Source: Acidimicrobiia bacterium (lineage in GTDB: Bacteria > Actinomycetota > Acidimicrobiia > Spongiisociales > ZC4RG35). From it: a stretch of 64,000 nucleotides of DNA. The position numbers and the translations under genes were made by a program. Under the pieces are notes generated by a model. That model worked only from the letters and a program-made list of their open reading frames with translations. It was not told the origin of the DNA and made no database searches. The stretch is taken from NCBI GenBank assembly GCA_965215185.1, contig OZ244034.1:192001-256000 (forward strand). Reading direction: 5' to 3'. Shown here in pieces: positions 10,514-20,963 of this stretch (position 1 is the stretch's first letter; each line of letters starts with the position of its first letter).

Positions 10514-12923
10514 GCCGGTCACCGTAACCATCAACCGCCGGGAGGTGAGCGCCCAGCCCGGGGACCTGCTCATCAAGACCGCACAGGACAACGGGGTGTA
10601 CATTCCCCGCTTCTGCTGGCATCCCCGCATGAACCCGGTGGGGATGTGCCGCATGTGCCTGGTGCAGATCGAGACTCCCCGAGGTCCACTGCTGGTTACT
10701 TCCTGCACCACTCCGGTCTCCAACGGGATGACGGTGGACACCACCAATCCTATGGTGAAAAAGGCCCAGGAAGGGGTCCTGGAATTCTTGCTCATCAACC
10801 ATCCGCTGGACTGTCCGGTGTGCGATCGGGCCGGCGAGTGTCCTCTGCAGGACCAGACCATGGCCTACGGGCCGGGAGAGAGCCGGTTCGTAGAGGAAAA
10901 GCGCCATTTCGAAAAGCCCATCCCCATCTCCGAGTTGGTCATGCTGGATCGGGAGCGGTGCATTCTCTGCGCCCGGTGCACCCGCTTTTCGGAGGAGATT
11001 TCCGGCGACCCCCTGATCGAATTCCAGGACAGGGGAAACCACACCCAGGTGAACACCTTCCCAGACGAGCCCTTCCGGTCCTATTTTTCGGGCAACACCG
11101 TGCAGATCTGTCCGGTGGGCGCCCTAACTGCAACCCCCTATCGCTTCCGGGCCCGACCCTGGGATCTGACCGCGGTGGAGTCCACCTGCCAGCATTGCTC
11201 GAGCGGCGATCGCATCAACCTGCAATCCAGCCAAAACCGGTTGCTTCGCATTCTGGGTGTGGACTCAGAGCCCACCAACCAGGGTTGGCTCTCCGACAAG
11301 TGCCGGTTTGGCTTCGAATATGTGAGCTCGCCGCAGCGGTTGACCGTTCCTTTGGTGCGAGATGAAGGGGGGCAGTTGCAGGAGGCCTCCTGGGGGGAGG
11401 CATTGGACTATGCCGGTCGGGCTTTGGGTGAGATCATCGGCCGCTTGGGCGGGCGAGCCGTGGCGGGATTGGGCGGAGCGCGGGCCACCAACGAGGACGC
11501 GTACGCCTTCTCCAAGTTCCTCCGATCGGCGGTGGGCACCAACCATGTGGACTGCCAGATGGATGACGGACTCAACCCCCGGTTGCTGTCGGGAGTGGTG
11601 AACCGGGCACGCATCGCCGATTTGGAACGGGCGGGTTCCATCTTGGTGTGGGGACCCGATCTGAAGGAAGAGCACCCCACCCTCTATCTGCGGGTGCGGC
11701 GGGCGGCCCAGGAACTGGGAGCGCAGTTGGTTGTCATCCATCCTCGCCGCACCGGACTGGACGATCGGGCTTCGCTGAAGATCACTTACCAGCCCGGAAG
11801 AGGTGGGGAAGTGCTGAGCGAGTTGATGAACGGCGAGGGAAGGATGGCCAAAGCCAGGGAGCTTTTGTCCAACGGTCCCGTGGTGGCCCTCTTGGGCAGA
11901 CCCGGGTACGGGGAGAGCCCGGATCTGGTGGAAGCCGCCGCCGCATTTGTCCGCTCCCTTCCCGACGCCACCGTGCTGCCGTTGGCTCGCCGGGGCAATG
12001 TGTTCGGAGCGCTGGACATGGGTCTCAGTCCGGCCCTACTGCCCGGGAGAGTCCAGCGGGGCACTTTGGCCTCTCAGCTGCTGGCCGAACGATGGGGGGA
12101 GATACCCACCTCCTCCGGAAGAGACTGCCGAGGGATCCTGGAAGGTTTGGAGGAGGGGAAGATCGAGGCGCTGATCCTGATGGGGTCCGACCCAGTGCGA
12201 GATGTCCCAGATGGAGATCTGGCCCGTCGGGCGTTGGAGAACGCCGGTTTTGTGATGGCGATCGACCAGTTCCTCACCGACAGTTCACGCTTGGCTGATG
12301 TGGTGTTTCCCGCCATGGGATTCGCCGAAGTGGAGGGAACCGTGACCAATGTGGAGAGCCGGGTGCTCAAGGTGAACCGGGTGACGCCCGGCCCGGGTCA
12401 GAGTCGGCCCGACTGGGCGATCCTGGTTGACCTGGCTTCCCGGATGGGTGTGGATCTTGGTTTGGTTTCAGCCCAGCAGATCAGCGAGGACATCGAGGAG
12501 TTGGCCGACATCTACCGCGGGGTAAGTTGGGACCGGCTTGACTGGGAGGAACGGGATGGAATTGTGGTGAGCGGCGACCTTGGTTACGTGCCCGTCTATT
12601 CGGAATGCCGCTCCGTTGTTCCCGGGAACGGTCAAATGGCCCTCCACTATGCCCGGACCATGTATGACGATGGGGTGATGATGAGAGAAAGCTCGTCGCT
12701 GCGACCGTTGGCCCCCGGCGCCGCAGCCCACCTGCACCCTTCAGATGCCGCCCTCCTCGGTTTGGAAGAGGGAGACCCGGCCACAGTGACGACCACCGCC
12801 GGATCGGTGCGGACCAAGGTAGTGATCGATCCCACCCTCCATCAGGGTGTGGTGTACGTTCCTTTCAACCAGCCCGACACCCCCTCCCTGGGCTCGGCGA
12901 CAGAGGCTGTGGTCAGCAAATAG
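10506..12923 (+). CDS. nuoG: NADH-quinone oxidoreductase subunit G
   Basis: IPRFCWHP, CRMCLV, NHPLDCPVCD.AGEC.LQD, RCILCARCTRF, ICPVGAL; molybdopterin-fold C-terminus. Confidence 0.95.
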   Translation: MTEPVTVTINRREVSAQPGDLLIKTAQDNGVYIPRFCWHPRMNPVGMCRMCLVQIETPRGPLLVTSCTTPVSNGMTVDTTNPMVKKAQEGVLEFLLINHPLDCPVCDRAGECPLQDQTMAYGPGESRFVEEKRHFEKPIPISELVMLDRERCILCARCTRFSEEISGDPLIEFQDRGNHTQVNTFPDEPFRSYFSGNTVQICPVGALTATPYRFRARPWDLTAVESTCQHCSSGDRINLQSSQNRLLRILGVDSEPTNQGWLSDKCRFGFEYVSSPQRLTVPLVRDEGGQLQEASWGEALDYAGRALGEIIGRLGGRAVAGLGGARATNEDAYAFSKFLRSAVGTNHVDCQMDDGLNPRLLSGVVNRARIADLERAGSILVWGPDLKEEHPTLYLRVRRAAQELGAQLVVIHPRRTGLDDRASLKITYQPGRGGEVLSELMNGEGRMAKARELLSNGPVVALLGRPGYGESPDLVEAAAAFVRSLPDATVLPLARRGNVFGALDMGLSPALLPGRVQRGTLASQLLAERWGEIPTSSGRDCRGILEGLEEGKIEALILMGSDPVRDVPDGDLARRALENAGFVMAIDQFLTDSSRLADVVFPAMGFAEVEGTVTNVESRVLKVNRVTPGPGQSRPDWAILVDLASRMGVDLGLVSAQQISEDIEELADIYRGVSWDRLDWEERDGIVVSGDLGYVPVYSECRSVVPGNGQMALHYARTMYDDGVMMRESSSLRPLAPGAAAHLHPSDAALLGLEEGDPATVTTTAGSVRTKVVIDPTLHQGVVYVPFNQPDTPSLGSATEAVVSK

Positions 12924-13198
12924 GCGGGCTCCCGGCAGTCGTTGAACACAACGGCAAAAGTCGCGAAAGAACTATCCCTTTTTGGGCCCTCTCCTGTCGC
13001 CACCTTGCCATGGGTTGAACAAGCTCCGTACAGGCCGGAACAGAACTCGTCAAATAGAGTGATGTGATCCGTCGACGCGGTCCGAACGACGCCTGAACGG
13101 ACCGTCTTGGTGTTTGGCTTTTATCAGTATGAACCCTGGGTGGGACAGAGCCAACCCCCCGATGGCGACTTTTTTCACAACCCCTTAGGGAGCTCGGC

Positions 13199-14071
13199 CT
13201 AGTTTCGGCCACTCACCATTTGAAATATGGCGGTCCAGTCCAGGCGGCCCAACCCCTGATGGTGGGCCCTGTCATAAACCGGCAGAGCGCAAGCTCCCAT
13301 TACGCTCGGTGAACCGCTGTCGGCGCTCATCTGCAAGGCCAGGCCCAGATCCTTGCGGGCCAGGTCGACCATGAAACCCGGTTCCAGGTCGCCGGCCAGC
13401 ACCTTAACCGGATAGGTGGTGCCCAGATGCCCACGCCCGGCGGTAGTGCCCATCAACACCTCGATCACAGTGTCCCGGTCGAGACCGGCGCCTGCGGCGA
13501 TGGCCAACGCCTCGGCCACTACCACGTTGGACACGATCGCCAGGTAATTGTTGACCAGCTTGGTGCGAATCCCCGCCCCGGCGGGGCCGCAGTGGATGAT
13601 CGTGTCACCCATGCACTCCAGTATCGGAAGAGCCTGCTCCACATCCTCGGTCTCCCCACCCACCATGATCAGCAGGGTTCCGTTTTCGGCCTCCTTGGAA
13701 CTGCGCCCGACCGGGGCGTCCATGGCCCGCTTCCCGTCAGACCGCAACCTCTCCGCCAGTGCATCGAACTCGCGGGGAAGCCCGGTGCTCATATCGATCA
13801 GCAGCGAGTCGTCGCCCAGCGACTCGGCGGCGCCGCCGGGGCCGAAAACTGCGGCCGCCACATGTTCGCCGGTGGGCAGCATCGTGATGACATAGTCGGC
13901 CCCTTCCGCGGCATCTCTCGGAGATGTGGCTGCCTCGGCTCCCCGCCGCCTGATGGCTTCCAGGGCGGTCGCAGATAAGTCAAAGGCCCGCACCCGGTGG
14001 CCGCCCCCGATCAGGTTAAGGGCCATGGGCAGACCCATCACTCCCACGCCGATGAAACCGACCTTGCTCAT
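13199..14071 (-). CDS. yihU: Sulfolactaldehyde 3-reductase-like NAD(P)-dependent oxidoreductase (beta-hydroxyacid dehydrogenase family)
   Basis: GVGVMG Rossmann motif. PVGRS (rather than the usual PVSGG), GIRTKLVNNY, AGRGH..T.P.KVL.GDL.P.FM.DLA.KDLG and G.GR.DW.AI match E. coli YihU as recalled. ATG at 14071 with GGGAGG RBS. Confidence 0.75.
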   Translation of the reverse strand: MSKVGFIGVGVMGLPMALNLIGGGHRVRAFDLSATALEAIRRRGAEAATSPRDAAEGADYVITMLPTGEHVAAAVFGPGGAAESLGDDSLLIDMSTGLPREFDALAERLRSDGKRAMDAPVGRSSKEAENGTLLIMVGGETEDVEQALPILECMGDTIIHCGPAGAGIRTKLVNNYLAIVSNVVVAEALAIAAGAGLDRDTVIEVLMGTTAGRGHLGTTYPVKVLAGDLEPGFMVDLARKDLGLALQMSADSGSPSVMGACALPVYDRAHHQGLGRLDWTAIFQMVSGRN

Positions 14072-14137
14072 CTCGATCCTCCCTTGCCGGGCTAAGGTGG
14101 CCCGGAGGTCACCGGGCACAGGTAATTTGCTTGTTGG

Positions 14138-15067
14138 ATGATAACCTCGCCCGATCATCAGCAGCTCTGGCTCCCGGGCGGTCAGTTCTCGATGGGGTCG
14201 GATCACCACTACCCGGAAGAGAACCCCGCTCGAACCGTTGCGGTCGGACCATTCTGGATGGACGTCTATCCGGTCACCAACCGCCAATTCCGCCAATTCG
14301 TGGAAGCCACTGGTCATGTGACCATCGCCGAGCGGCCTCCCGACCCGGCCGTGTATGCGGAGGCGGAACCGGAGGATCTGGTTCCGGGGTCGTTGGTGTT
14401 CGGGATGACATGCGGTCCAGTGAACCTGGCGGAATTCTGGCGCTGGTGGGCTTGGACACCCGGTAGCGACTGGTGCCATCCCCTCGGTCCGGGATCGTCC
14501 TTGGACGGTCTCGATAACCATCCTGTCGTCCATGTCACCTACCCGGACGCGGCTGCCTACGCCCGATGGACCGGGATGGAACTGCCGTCGGAGGCCGAGT
14601 GGGAGTACGCCGCCCGGGGTGGTTTGGACGGCGCCGAGTTCACCTGGGGTGACGCGGACCCCCAAGAGTACGCGCCGGTGGCTAATACCTGGCAGGGCCG
14701 GTTTCCCTACGAGAACGCCGAATTGGACGGATGGACCCGCACCAGCCCGGTCGGCTCATACCCACCCAACGGATACGGCCTGTATGACATGGCAGGCAAC
14801 GTGTGGGAGTGGACCGCCGATCCCTACCGCCTCCCCTCGGCAGGAGAGTCGGGACCGCCCTGCTGCGCTCCGCAGGCCGTTGGTGGTGATGACCTGCCGA
14901 CCAGGGTGATCAAGGGGGGATCACACCTGTGCACAATCCAGTACTGCTTCCGATACCGACCCGCCGCCCGCCAGCCCCAGACCATCGACACTTCCACCAG
15001 CCACATCGGTTTCCGTTGCCTGTCGCGTTCTCGACGCCTGATGTCAAGAGTGTCCGAGCCCAACTAA
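14138..15067 (+). CDS. Formylglycine-generating enzyme (SUMF1/FGE)
   Basis: FSMGSDHHYPEE, LPSEAEWEYAARGG, GLYDMAGNVWEW, and catalytic KGGSHLC...YC.RYRPAAR. Confidence 0.93.
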   Translation: MITSPDHQQLWLPGGQFSMGSDHHYPEENPARTVAVGPFWMDVYPVTNRQFRQFVEATGHVTIAERPPDPAVYAEAEPEDLVPGSLVFGMTCGPVNLAEFWRWWAWTPGSDWCHPLGPGSSLDGLDNHPVVHVTYPDAAAYARWTGMELPSEAEWEYAARGGLDGAEFTWGDADPQEYAPVANTWQGRFPYENAELDGWTRTSPVGSYPPNGYGLYDMAGNVWEWTADPYRLPSAGESGPPCCAPQAVGGDDLPTRVIKGGSHLCTIQYCFRYRPAARQPQTIDTSTSHIGFRCLSRSRRLMSRVSEPN

Positions 15068-15068
15068 C

Positions 15069-16712
15069 ATGGCGCTGATGCGTATAGCCGACACCGACCT
15101 GCTTGGTTATGGCAGCTACCAGGCGCTGGTGGAAGGCTTCGAGTGGGACATCCCGGAACGGATGAACATGGCCTCGGAGATCTTCGACCGCTGGAGTCAA
15201 GACCGAGGCCGGGTCGCTCTATATGTTGAACATTCCGATGGGCTCCGGGACACCTGGTCCTACTGGCGCCTGATCAGATTGGCCAAGCGTTACGCCAACT
15301 TCCTTGTGTCGCTGGGAGTGCGCCCCCGAGACCGCGTCTCACTGGTGATGCCTCAGGGCGCCGAGTTGGCCGCCCTCCATTTGGCGGTTTATTCGGTGGG
15401 GGCCACCGCCCTTCCCATGTCCATCCTGTACGGTCCCGACTCCTACCGGCACATCCTGTCTGACTCCGCAGCCAGTGTCATCGTGGTAGCCGAGGCTTAC
15501 GCCAACCCCATCCGACTGGTCCGCGATGATCTGCCCTCTCTGACCGCGGTCGTAATCTCAGGACAGGCGGAGAATGGCGAGCGGGCGCTGTCCGAAGCCG
15601 ACAGCTTTCCGGCTGAATTCGACCCGATCGACACATCGTCGGAAGACCCGGCCCTGCTGCTGTACACGTCGGGCAGCACGGGTCACCCCAAAGGCGCCCT
15701 CCATGCCCATCGGATTCTTGAGGGCTACCTTCTGACTTTCAAGCTCTTCTTCGATGTGGAGTTCGATGAATCCACGGTTTTCTACACCCCATCGGACTGG
15801 GCCTGGGTGGGCGGCCTGCTGGACATACTGCTGCCTGCTTTGGTGTTCGGTTGCCCGGTGGTGGCCGACGAGGAGCGTTTCTCCGCCGAGCGGGCCTTCG
15901 AAGTGATTGGTCGCAATGGCGTCACCCATGCTTTTCTAACTCCTACCGCCCTGAAAGTGATGGCGCAGGTGCCCGACCCCGGCCCCCGTTTCGATCTCGA
16001 TCTTCGGGTCATAGCCAGCGGCGGAGAGTCGGTGGCCGACGAATTGCACCGCTGGAGCGAGCGAGATCTTGGAGCCGTCATCAACGAGTTCTACGGCCTG
16101 ACCGAAGTGAACCACCTGGTGGGTGGATGCCAGGCCTTATGGCCCGGCCGGCCCGGGTGGATGGGACTGCCATATCCTGGCCGGGAGGTAGCTGTATTGG
16201 ATGACAAAGGGGAGGAGATCTCGGCAGGTGAGATCGGCGAAATCGCGGTGCGGCCCGGTGACCCCACCCAGATGCTCGAGTATTGGGGCAACCCCACGGC
16301 CACGGCAGCCGCCCACCGCAACGGCTGGATCATGACCGGCGACCAGGCCACCGTGGATGCCGATGGCTACATCCGGTTCCTCGGACGTGACGACGACATG
16401 GTCGCCAGCGCCGGTTACCGCATCGGGCCTGCCGAGGTGGAGGAGTCGCTGGTCCGCCACCCCGCTGTTGCAGAAGTGGCTGTCATCCCCGCTCCGGATC
16501 CGATCCGGGGCCATGTGGTCAAGGCGATGGTGGTCCTCGCCGATGGCTACCGGGGAGGAGATGATCTGACCGCCGAACTCCAAGCCCAGGTCAAGACCCA
16601 ACTGGCTGCCTACAAGTACCCGCGGATAGTCGAATACGTAGACCGCCTTCCCAAGACTTCGACCGGAAAACTCAACCGGAAACTGCTTGCCGCCCAGGCA
16701 CGGTCAACCTGA
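15069..16712 (+). CDS. Acyl-CoA synthetase (AMP-binding, medium/short-chain type)
   Basis: YTSGSTGHPKG, EFYGLTE, TGD, GRDDD...GYRIGPAEVE, PKTSTGK. Confidence 0.92.
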   Translation: MALMRIADTDLLGYGSYQALVEGFEWDIPERMNMASEIFDRWSQDRGRVALYVEHSDGLRDTWSYWRLIRLAKRYANFLVSLGVRPRDRVSLVMPQGAELAALHLAVYSVGATALPMSILYGPDSYRHILSDSAASVIVVAEAYANPIRLVRDDLPSLTAVVISGQAENGERALSEADSFPAEFDPIDTSSEDPALLLYTSGSTGHPKGALHAHRILEGYLLTFKLFFDVEFDESTVFYTPSDWAWVGGLLDILLPALVFGCPVVADEERFSAERAFEVIGRNGVTHAFLTPTALKVMAQVPDPGPRFDLDLRVIASGGESVADELHRWSERDLGAVINEFYGLTEVNHLVGGCQALWPGRPGWMGLPYPGREVAVLDDKGEEISAGEIGEIAVRPGDPTQMLEYWGNPTATAAAHRNGWIMTGDQATVDADGYIRFLGRDDDMVASAGYRIGPAEVEESLVRHPAVAEVAVIPAPDPIRGHVVKAMVVLADGYRGGDDLTAELQAQVKTQLAAYKYPRIVEYVDRLPKTSTGKLNRKLLAAQARST

Positions 16713-16797
16713 GTACCGAGACAGAACCATCGGCTGCGTGGGCGCCCCCCTTGAACACCACTTGCGTGACCGCCCGGCCGATATGGCTACCGGATTG

Positions 16798-18315
16798 TCA
16801 CCCCGCCGACGTGTCACCCACCCAGTCCAGGGAGCGGGTTACCGCCTTGCGCCAACGGGCGTATCGGGATTCTCGGACATCTTCTGACATCTGCGGGGAC
16901 CAGCGACGGGCTTCCTGCCAGTTGACCCGAAGATCGTTGAGGCTCTCCCAGAAGCCCTCGGCCAGCCCGGCGCCGTAAGCGGCCCCTAAGGCGGTTGTCT
17001 CGCTCACCTGGGGGCATACCACCTCGACATCTAGGATGTCCGACTGGAACTGCATGAGCAGGTCGTTGGCGATCATTCCTCCATCCACACGCAGCTCGGT
17101 CAGCGCCACTTGCGAATCGGCACGCATCGCCTCGAGAACCTCCCGGGTCTGATAGGCGGTGGCTTCCAATGCGGCCCGGGCAATGTGACCTTTGTTGGCG
17201 AATCGGGTAAGGCCGGTGATGACTCCCCGGGCACCCGTTCTCCAGTGGGGGGCGAAGAGTCCCGAAAAGGCCGGCACGAAGTAGACGTCACCGTTGTCCG
17301 GCACCGAGGCGGCCAGCGCCTCCACCTCATGCGTCGCAGAGATCAATCCGAGGTTGTCGCGGAGCCACTGCACCAGGGCTCCGGTCACGGCCACCGATCC
17401 CTCCAGGGCGTAAACGGGATCGGAGCCGGCGATCTGGTAACCGACGGTGGTGAGCAGGCCGTGGGTGGACGGCATCTTCCGAGTACCGGTGTTCATAAGC
17501 AGAAAACACCCGGTCCCGTAGGTGTTTTTGGCTTCGCCAGGCTCGAAGCATGTCTGGCCGAACAGGGCAGCCTGTTGGTCTCCCAGGATCGCCGAGATGG
17601 GAACCCCCTCGACAACGCCCGTTCCGGTCCCCACTCTGCCGATGGAGGGGAGCACCTCGGCCATCATCGAGCGGGGAATCCCCATCGCTTTGAGAAGGTC
17701 ATCACTCCAGTCGAGGGTGTCGAGATCCATCAGCAAGGTCCGCGAGGCGTTGGTGACGTCGGTTACGTGCTCACCTTCATCAACTCCACCGGTGAGGTTC
17801 CAGACCAGCCAGGAATCGACGGTGCCCATCACCGCCCGGCCCGAGGCCGCCTTCTCTGTCACACCTTCCACATTGTTCAACAACCAGGCTGCCTTCGGAC
17901 CGCTGAAGTAGGTGGCCAGGGGAAGGCCGGTTCGATCCCTGAACCGGTCAATGCCCCCTTCCCGAGCCAGTTCTTCGCATATCTCGTCGGTCCTGGTGTC
18001 CTGCCAAACGATCGCATTGGCCAGGGGTCTTCCGGTGGTGCGGTCCCATACCACGGTGGTCTCCCGCTGGTTGGCGATCCCCACCGCTGTCAGATCCCGG
18101 GCGGTCATACCCGCCGAGGCAAGGGCCTCGCCAACCACCGCCTCGATAGTGCCAAGGATCTCCATAGGATCATGCTCGACCCAACCCGGCCTGGGAAGGA
18201 TCTGCTCGAATTCCCGCTGAGCCATGGCAACCACCCTTCCGGCGTGATCGAAGATCATGAACCTGGTGCTGGTGGTGCCCTGGTCGATGGCTCCTACCGC
18301 TCGTCTGTTGTTCAT
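16798..18315 (-). CDS. glpK: Glycerol kinase
   Basis: [53 protein letters not shown]. Confidence 0.97.
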   Translation of the reverse strand: MNNRRAVGAIDQGTTSTRFMIFDHAGRVVAMAQREFEQILPRPGWVEHDPMEILGTIEAVVGEALASAGMTARDLTAVGIANQRETTVVWDRTTGRPLANAIVWQDTRTDEICEELAREGGIDRFRDRTGLPLATYFSGPKAAWLLNNVEGVTEKAASGRAVMGTVDSWLVWNLTGGVDEGEHVTDVTNASRTLLMDLDTLDWSDDLLKAMGIPRSMMAEVLPSIGRVGTGTGVVEGVPISAILGDQQAALFGQTCFEPGEAKNTYGTGCFLLMNTGTRKMPSTHGLLTTVGYQIAGSDPVYALEGSVAVTGALVQWLRDNLGLISATHEVEALAASVPDNGDVYFVPAFSGLFAPHWRTGARGVITGLTRFANKGHIARAALEATAYQTREVLEAMRADSQVALTELRVDGGMIANDLLMQFQSDILDVEVVCPQVSETTALGAAYGAGLAEGFWESLNDLRVNWQEARRWSPQMSEDVRESRYARWRKAVTRSLDWVGDTSAG

Positions 18316-18333
18316 CCCGCTAAAACAGTAGCC

Positions 18334-19563
18334 CTATTGGCCGGTTGGGACCCGTCGGTGTCGCCGGGCCGAGAGGGCGAAGGCCAGGCCGATCACTCCG
18401 TAGCCGGCGTAGGATACGGCCAGTGGCGTGACCGATCCGGCGATGGCACGGTCGACGAAGGTGGCCAGCACCGCACCGCCGCCCAACGTGACTGTGCCGA
18501 TAACGGCGGCGGCCGTCCCGGCCAGTTCACCCATGGGCTCCATCGCCTGAGCTTGGATCAGCGGAATGACGAGTGTACGGAGCGCATTGATCACGGTGAC
18601 CAGAGCAAACCAGGCCAAAAACGCTGGCCGCCCATCGGTTTGCCACGACAATAGGGTGACCGCCACCGACAGTGTCACCGCCGAGGGCAAGGCTATAACG
18701 ATCACCCGGTCGGCGCCGACCATCTTCACCAGTCGGCTCCCAGCGAAGATCACTGCTCCCATGAACAGGCTCATCCCGACGATGTAATAAGCAAACTGGT
18801 CGCCCCGGTGGTACACGTCATCGAAGAGGAGTTGGATGCTCCCCAGAAACGCACTGAAAGAGGCGAAGTCGAACATGATCGCCAGTGCCGATCTGGTCGT
18901 CACCCGGTTGGTGAAGACCGCGGCAATGGCGTGGCGGGTGCGGGCGAGGGTGAGTGGGCGCCGCTTGGCCGGAGGGAGGGACTCCGGAAGCCGGATGAAC
19001 TAGATCGCCAGCACCAGTATCCCGGCTGCCGGGGCAGCCATGACCCAGCGCCACGACCCGAAGCTCAGCACGGCCTTACCGAGCAGGGGAGCGAAGGCCG
19101 GGACGACCATGAACACCGAGGCGACCACCGCCAGAATCCGGGCCAGTCGATCTCCTTCGTACAGGTCACGGCCGATTGCCAGAGCCAGGGCACGAGGTCC
19201 GGCTGCACCGATGCCCCAGATGAAGCGGCTGACGATCAGGACCCCGAAGGTTGGGGCGAGGGCCGAGCCCAGGGCGCCGAGAACGTAGAGGCCAAGGCCT
19301 GTGTAGAGCACGGGTTTGCGGCCGAACCGGTCGGTGAACGGACCGTAGAACAACATGGCGCTGGCCACGCCCAGAAAATAGAGGGTGACCGTCAGCGAGA
19401 CCCTCGGCGAGTCCGCAGCGAGACCGAACCCCACCCGGATGTCGGTGAAGGCCGGAAGCGTCATGTCGATCCCCAGCGCCATAGTGGCGCTGATGGCGGC
19501 CAGCATGGCGATGAATTCCCGCTGGGAAATGGTACGCGGTCGCCGCCCCTTGCTGGTCGTCAT
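18334..19563 (-). pseudogene. Bcr/CflA-family MFS efflux transporter with an in-frame TAG
   Basis: ALGIDMTLPA and DRFGRKPV motifs. The two ORF halves are in the same frame, split by one TAG at 19000-19002 (LAI*FIRLPESLPP), probably TGG>TAG. Confidence 0.85.
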
Positions 19564-19873
19564 AATCGGTTGGTCGGGATCAGGGGGCCTCTCCAGGATC
19601 AAAGGGCGCGGCCAGCTAAAAGGAGAAGACCAAGGGCTCCACGCGGTGGACACTCTGAAGGCGCAGTTGCGCCGCCAGGGTGATTGGAAGGCTACCGTAG
19701 CCGGGCCGCATGGCCAGCTATGTGAAATAGACGCGGTACTCAGTTAATTGTTGTAACCCCGAGACCTTCCCCGATCCGGCCGTCCTGGCCGAGATGGCCG
19801 GCAGTTTGCGGCATAGTCTCAAGGACAGGCACTGGAGAATTCTCTCGAACTGACGGAAGAGGCGGACGTAATA

Positions 19874-20253
19874 GTGAAGATAAACCTCAACCAGCGTGTA
19901 TGTAAATGACCAGGGCAAGGCCCTCAGGTGCTATACAAAGATCCTGGGGTTCAAGAAGCACGACCTTCCGGCAGGGATTTCAAGTGGTTGACGGTTGTCT
20001 CACCCCAAGGACCGGATGACATCAAGTTGCTTCTCGAACCCAACGACAACCCGGTTGCCAAGAGTTACCAGGAGGCGATCTTCGAGCAGGGCATACCCCA
20101 AGCGGCGTTTGCTGTTGAAAATATCCAAGCAGAGGACGAGCGATTGAAACGGCTGGGCGTGGTATTCACGATGGACCCAACGGCACAGGGCCAGTCATGC
20201 TAGCCATTCCTAATGACAGCTGCGGCAACCTCATACAGCTGTATCAGATCTAG
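19874..20253 (+). pseudogene. VOC/glyoxalase family protein, degraded
   Basis: Fragments across frames: SVYVNDQ.KAL, WLTVVSP.GP...LLLEPN..P.AK.YQ.A, CGNLIQLYQI*. Several frameshifts. Confidence 0.75.
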
Positions 20254-20270
20254 CTTTGGCGCTGTGACTG

Positions 20271-20942
20271 CTAGACCGAAGACGGTGCTCGCCCGTCGTG
20301 GGAGCGAGTAATGATGCCGAATAGATCCAAGAATGTGACCTCAAGAGCCTGCCGGATGGTTTCCGCGGCTCGGTCACCGTCCTGTTCCAGGCAGGCGGCA
20401 TAGAAGGCGGTTGCCACTGCTTTCGACTCATCGTGTCTCGAGGCAGCCATCAGTGTCCGATGGGTATAGCGACGCGAGCGATCGTAAAGCTCCGCGGTCT
20501 TTTGCAACAGGCTGGGACGATCAGCGGCTTCATAACAGACAACACGCATCTCCCATGCAATACCCACCAAACCCTCACTGTCTCGCTGTTCTGCGGCCGC
20601 CTGGAAATTCTTGAGCTTCTGCTCCATCAGACGCAGCGACCGGCTCGACAACCGGGGCGCGCCCAGTCGAGCCAGCCACGATTCAAAACCCATCCTGGTT
20701 AGGTACAACTGTTCGACCTCATCAAGGGACAGCGCCGATACGTAGTTGGCGGCATTCGGACGCGCGTCTATCAAACCTTCGTGTGCCAGTTCCCGTAGAG
20801 CGGCGCGAACTGGCGTGACACTAACGCCGAACTGTTCAGCGAGATCTCGGTAGCGCACCCGGATGCCCGGTTCGAGGTCTCCTGCGACTATGAGATCCCT
20901 TAGTTCTTTCGTGATCCGTTGTTCAATCGTCCAGTTGTACAA
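20271..20942 (-). CDS. GntR (FCD-type) transcriptional regulator
   Basis: LRDLIVAGDLEPG...LAEQFGVSVTPVRAAL..L..EGLI HTH, followed by an FCD-like domain. Confidence 0.92.
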   Translation of the reverse strand: MYNWTIEQRITKELRDLIVAGDLEPGIRVRYRDLAEQFGVSVTPVRAALRELAHEGLIDARPNAANYVSALSLDEVEQLYLTRMGFESWLARLGAPRLSSRSLRLMEQKLKNFQAAAEQRDSEGLVGIAWEMRVVCYEAADRPSLLQKTAELYDRSRRYTHRTLMAASRHDESKAVATAFYAACLEQDGDRAAETIRQALEVTFLDLFGIITRSHDGRAPSSV

Positions 20943-20963
20943 CTTGCCGCACCTTTCGTTGAG

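Noticed and set aside
12941-13190. MITE with terminal inverted repeats
   Set aside because: Only a 9-bp AAAAGTCGC inverted match and no target duplication; too weak to call.
14072-14665. N-terminal extension of the 488-aa ORF 13199..14665
   Set aside because: It overlaps the FGE gene antisense; the real start with RBS is at 14071.
17110-18654. 514-aa plus-strand ORF and similar long antisense ORFs (e.g. 5399..6577, 50136..51140)
   Set aside because: Shadow frames of well-supported genes in GC-rich DNA, with no recognisable motifs.
19000-19002. In-frame TAG as pyrrolysine or recoding
   Set aside because: No pyl genes are present and other genes use TAG as a stop. A Trp TGG>TAG nonsense change or base error is simpler.
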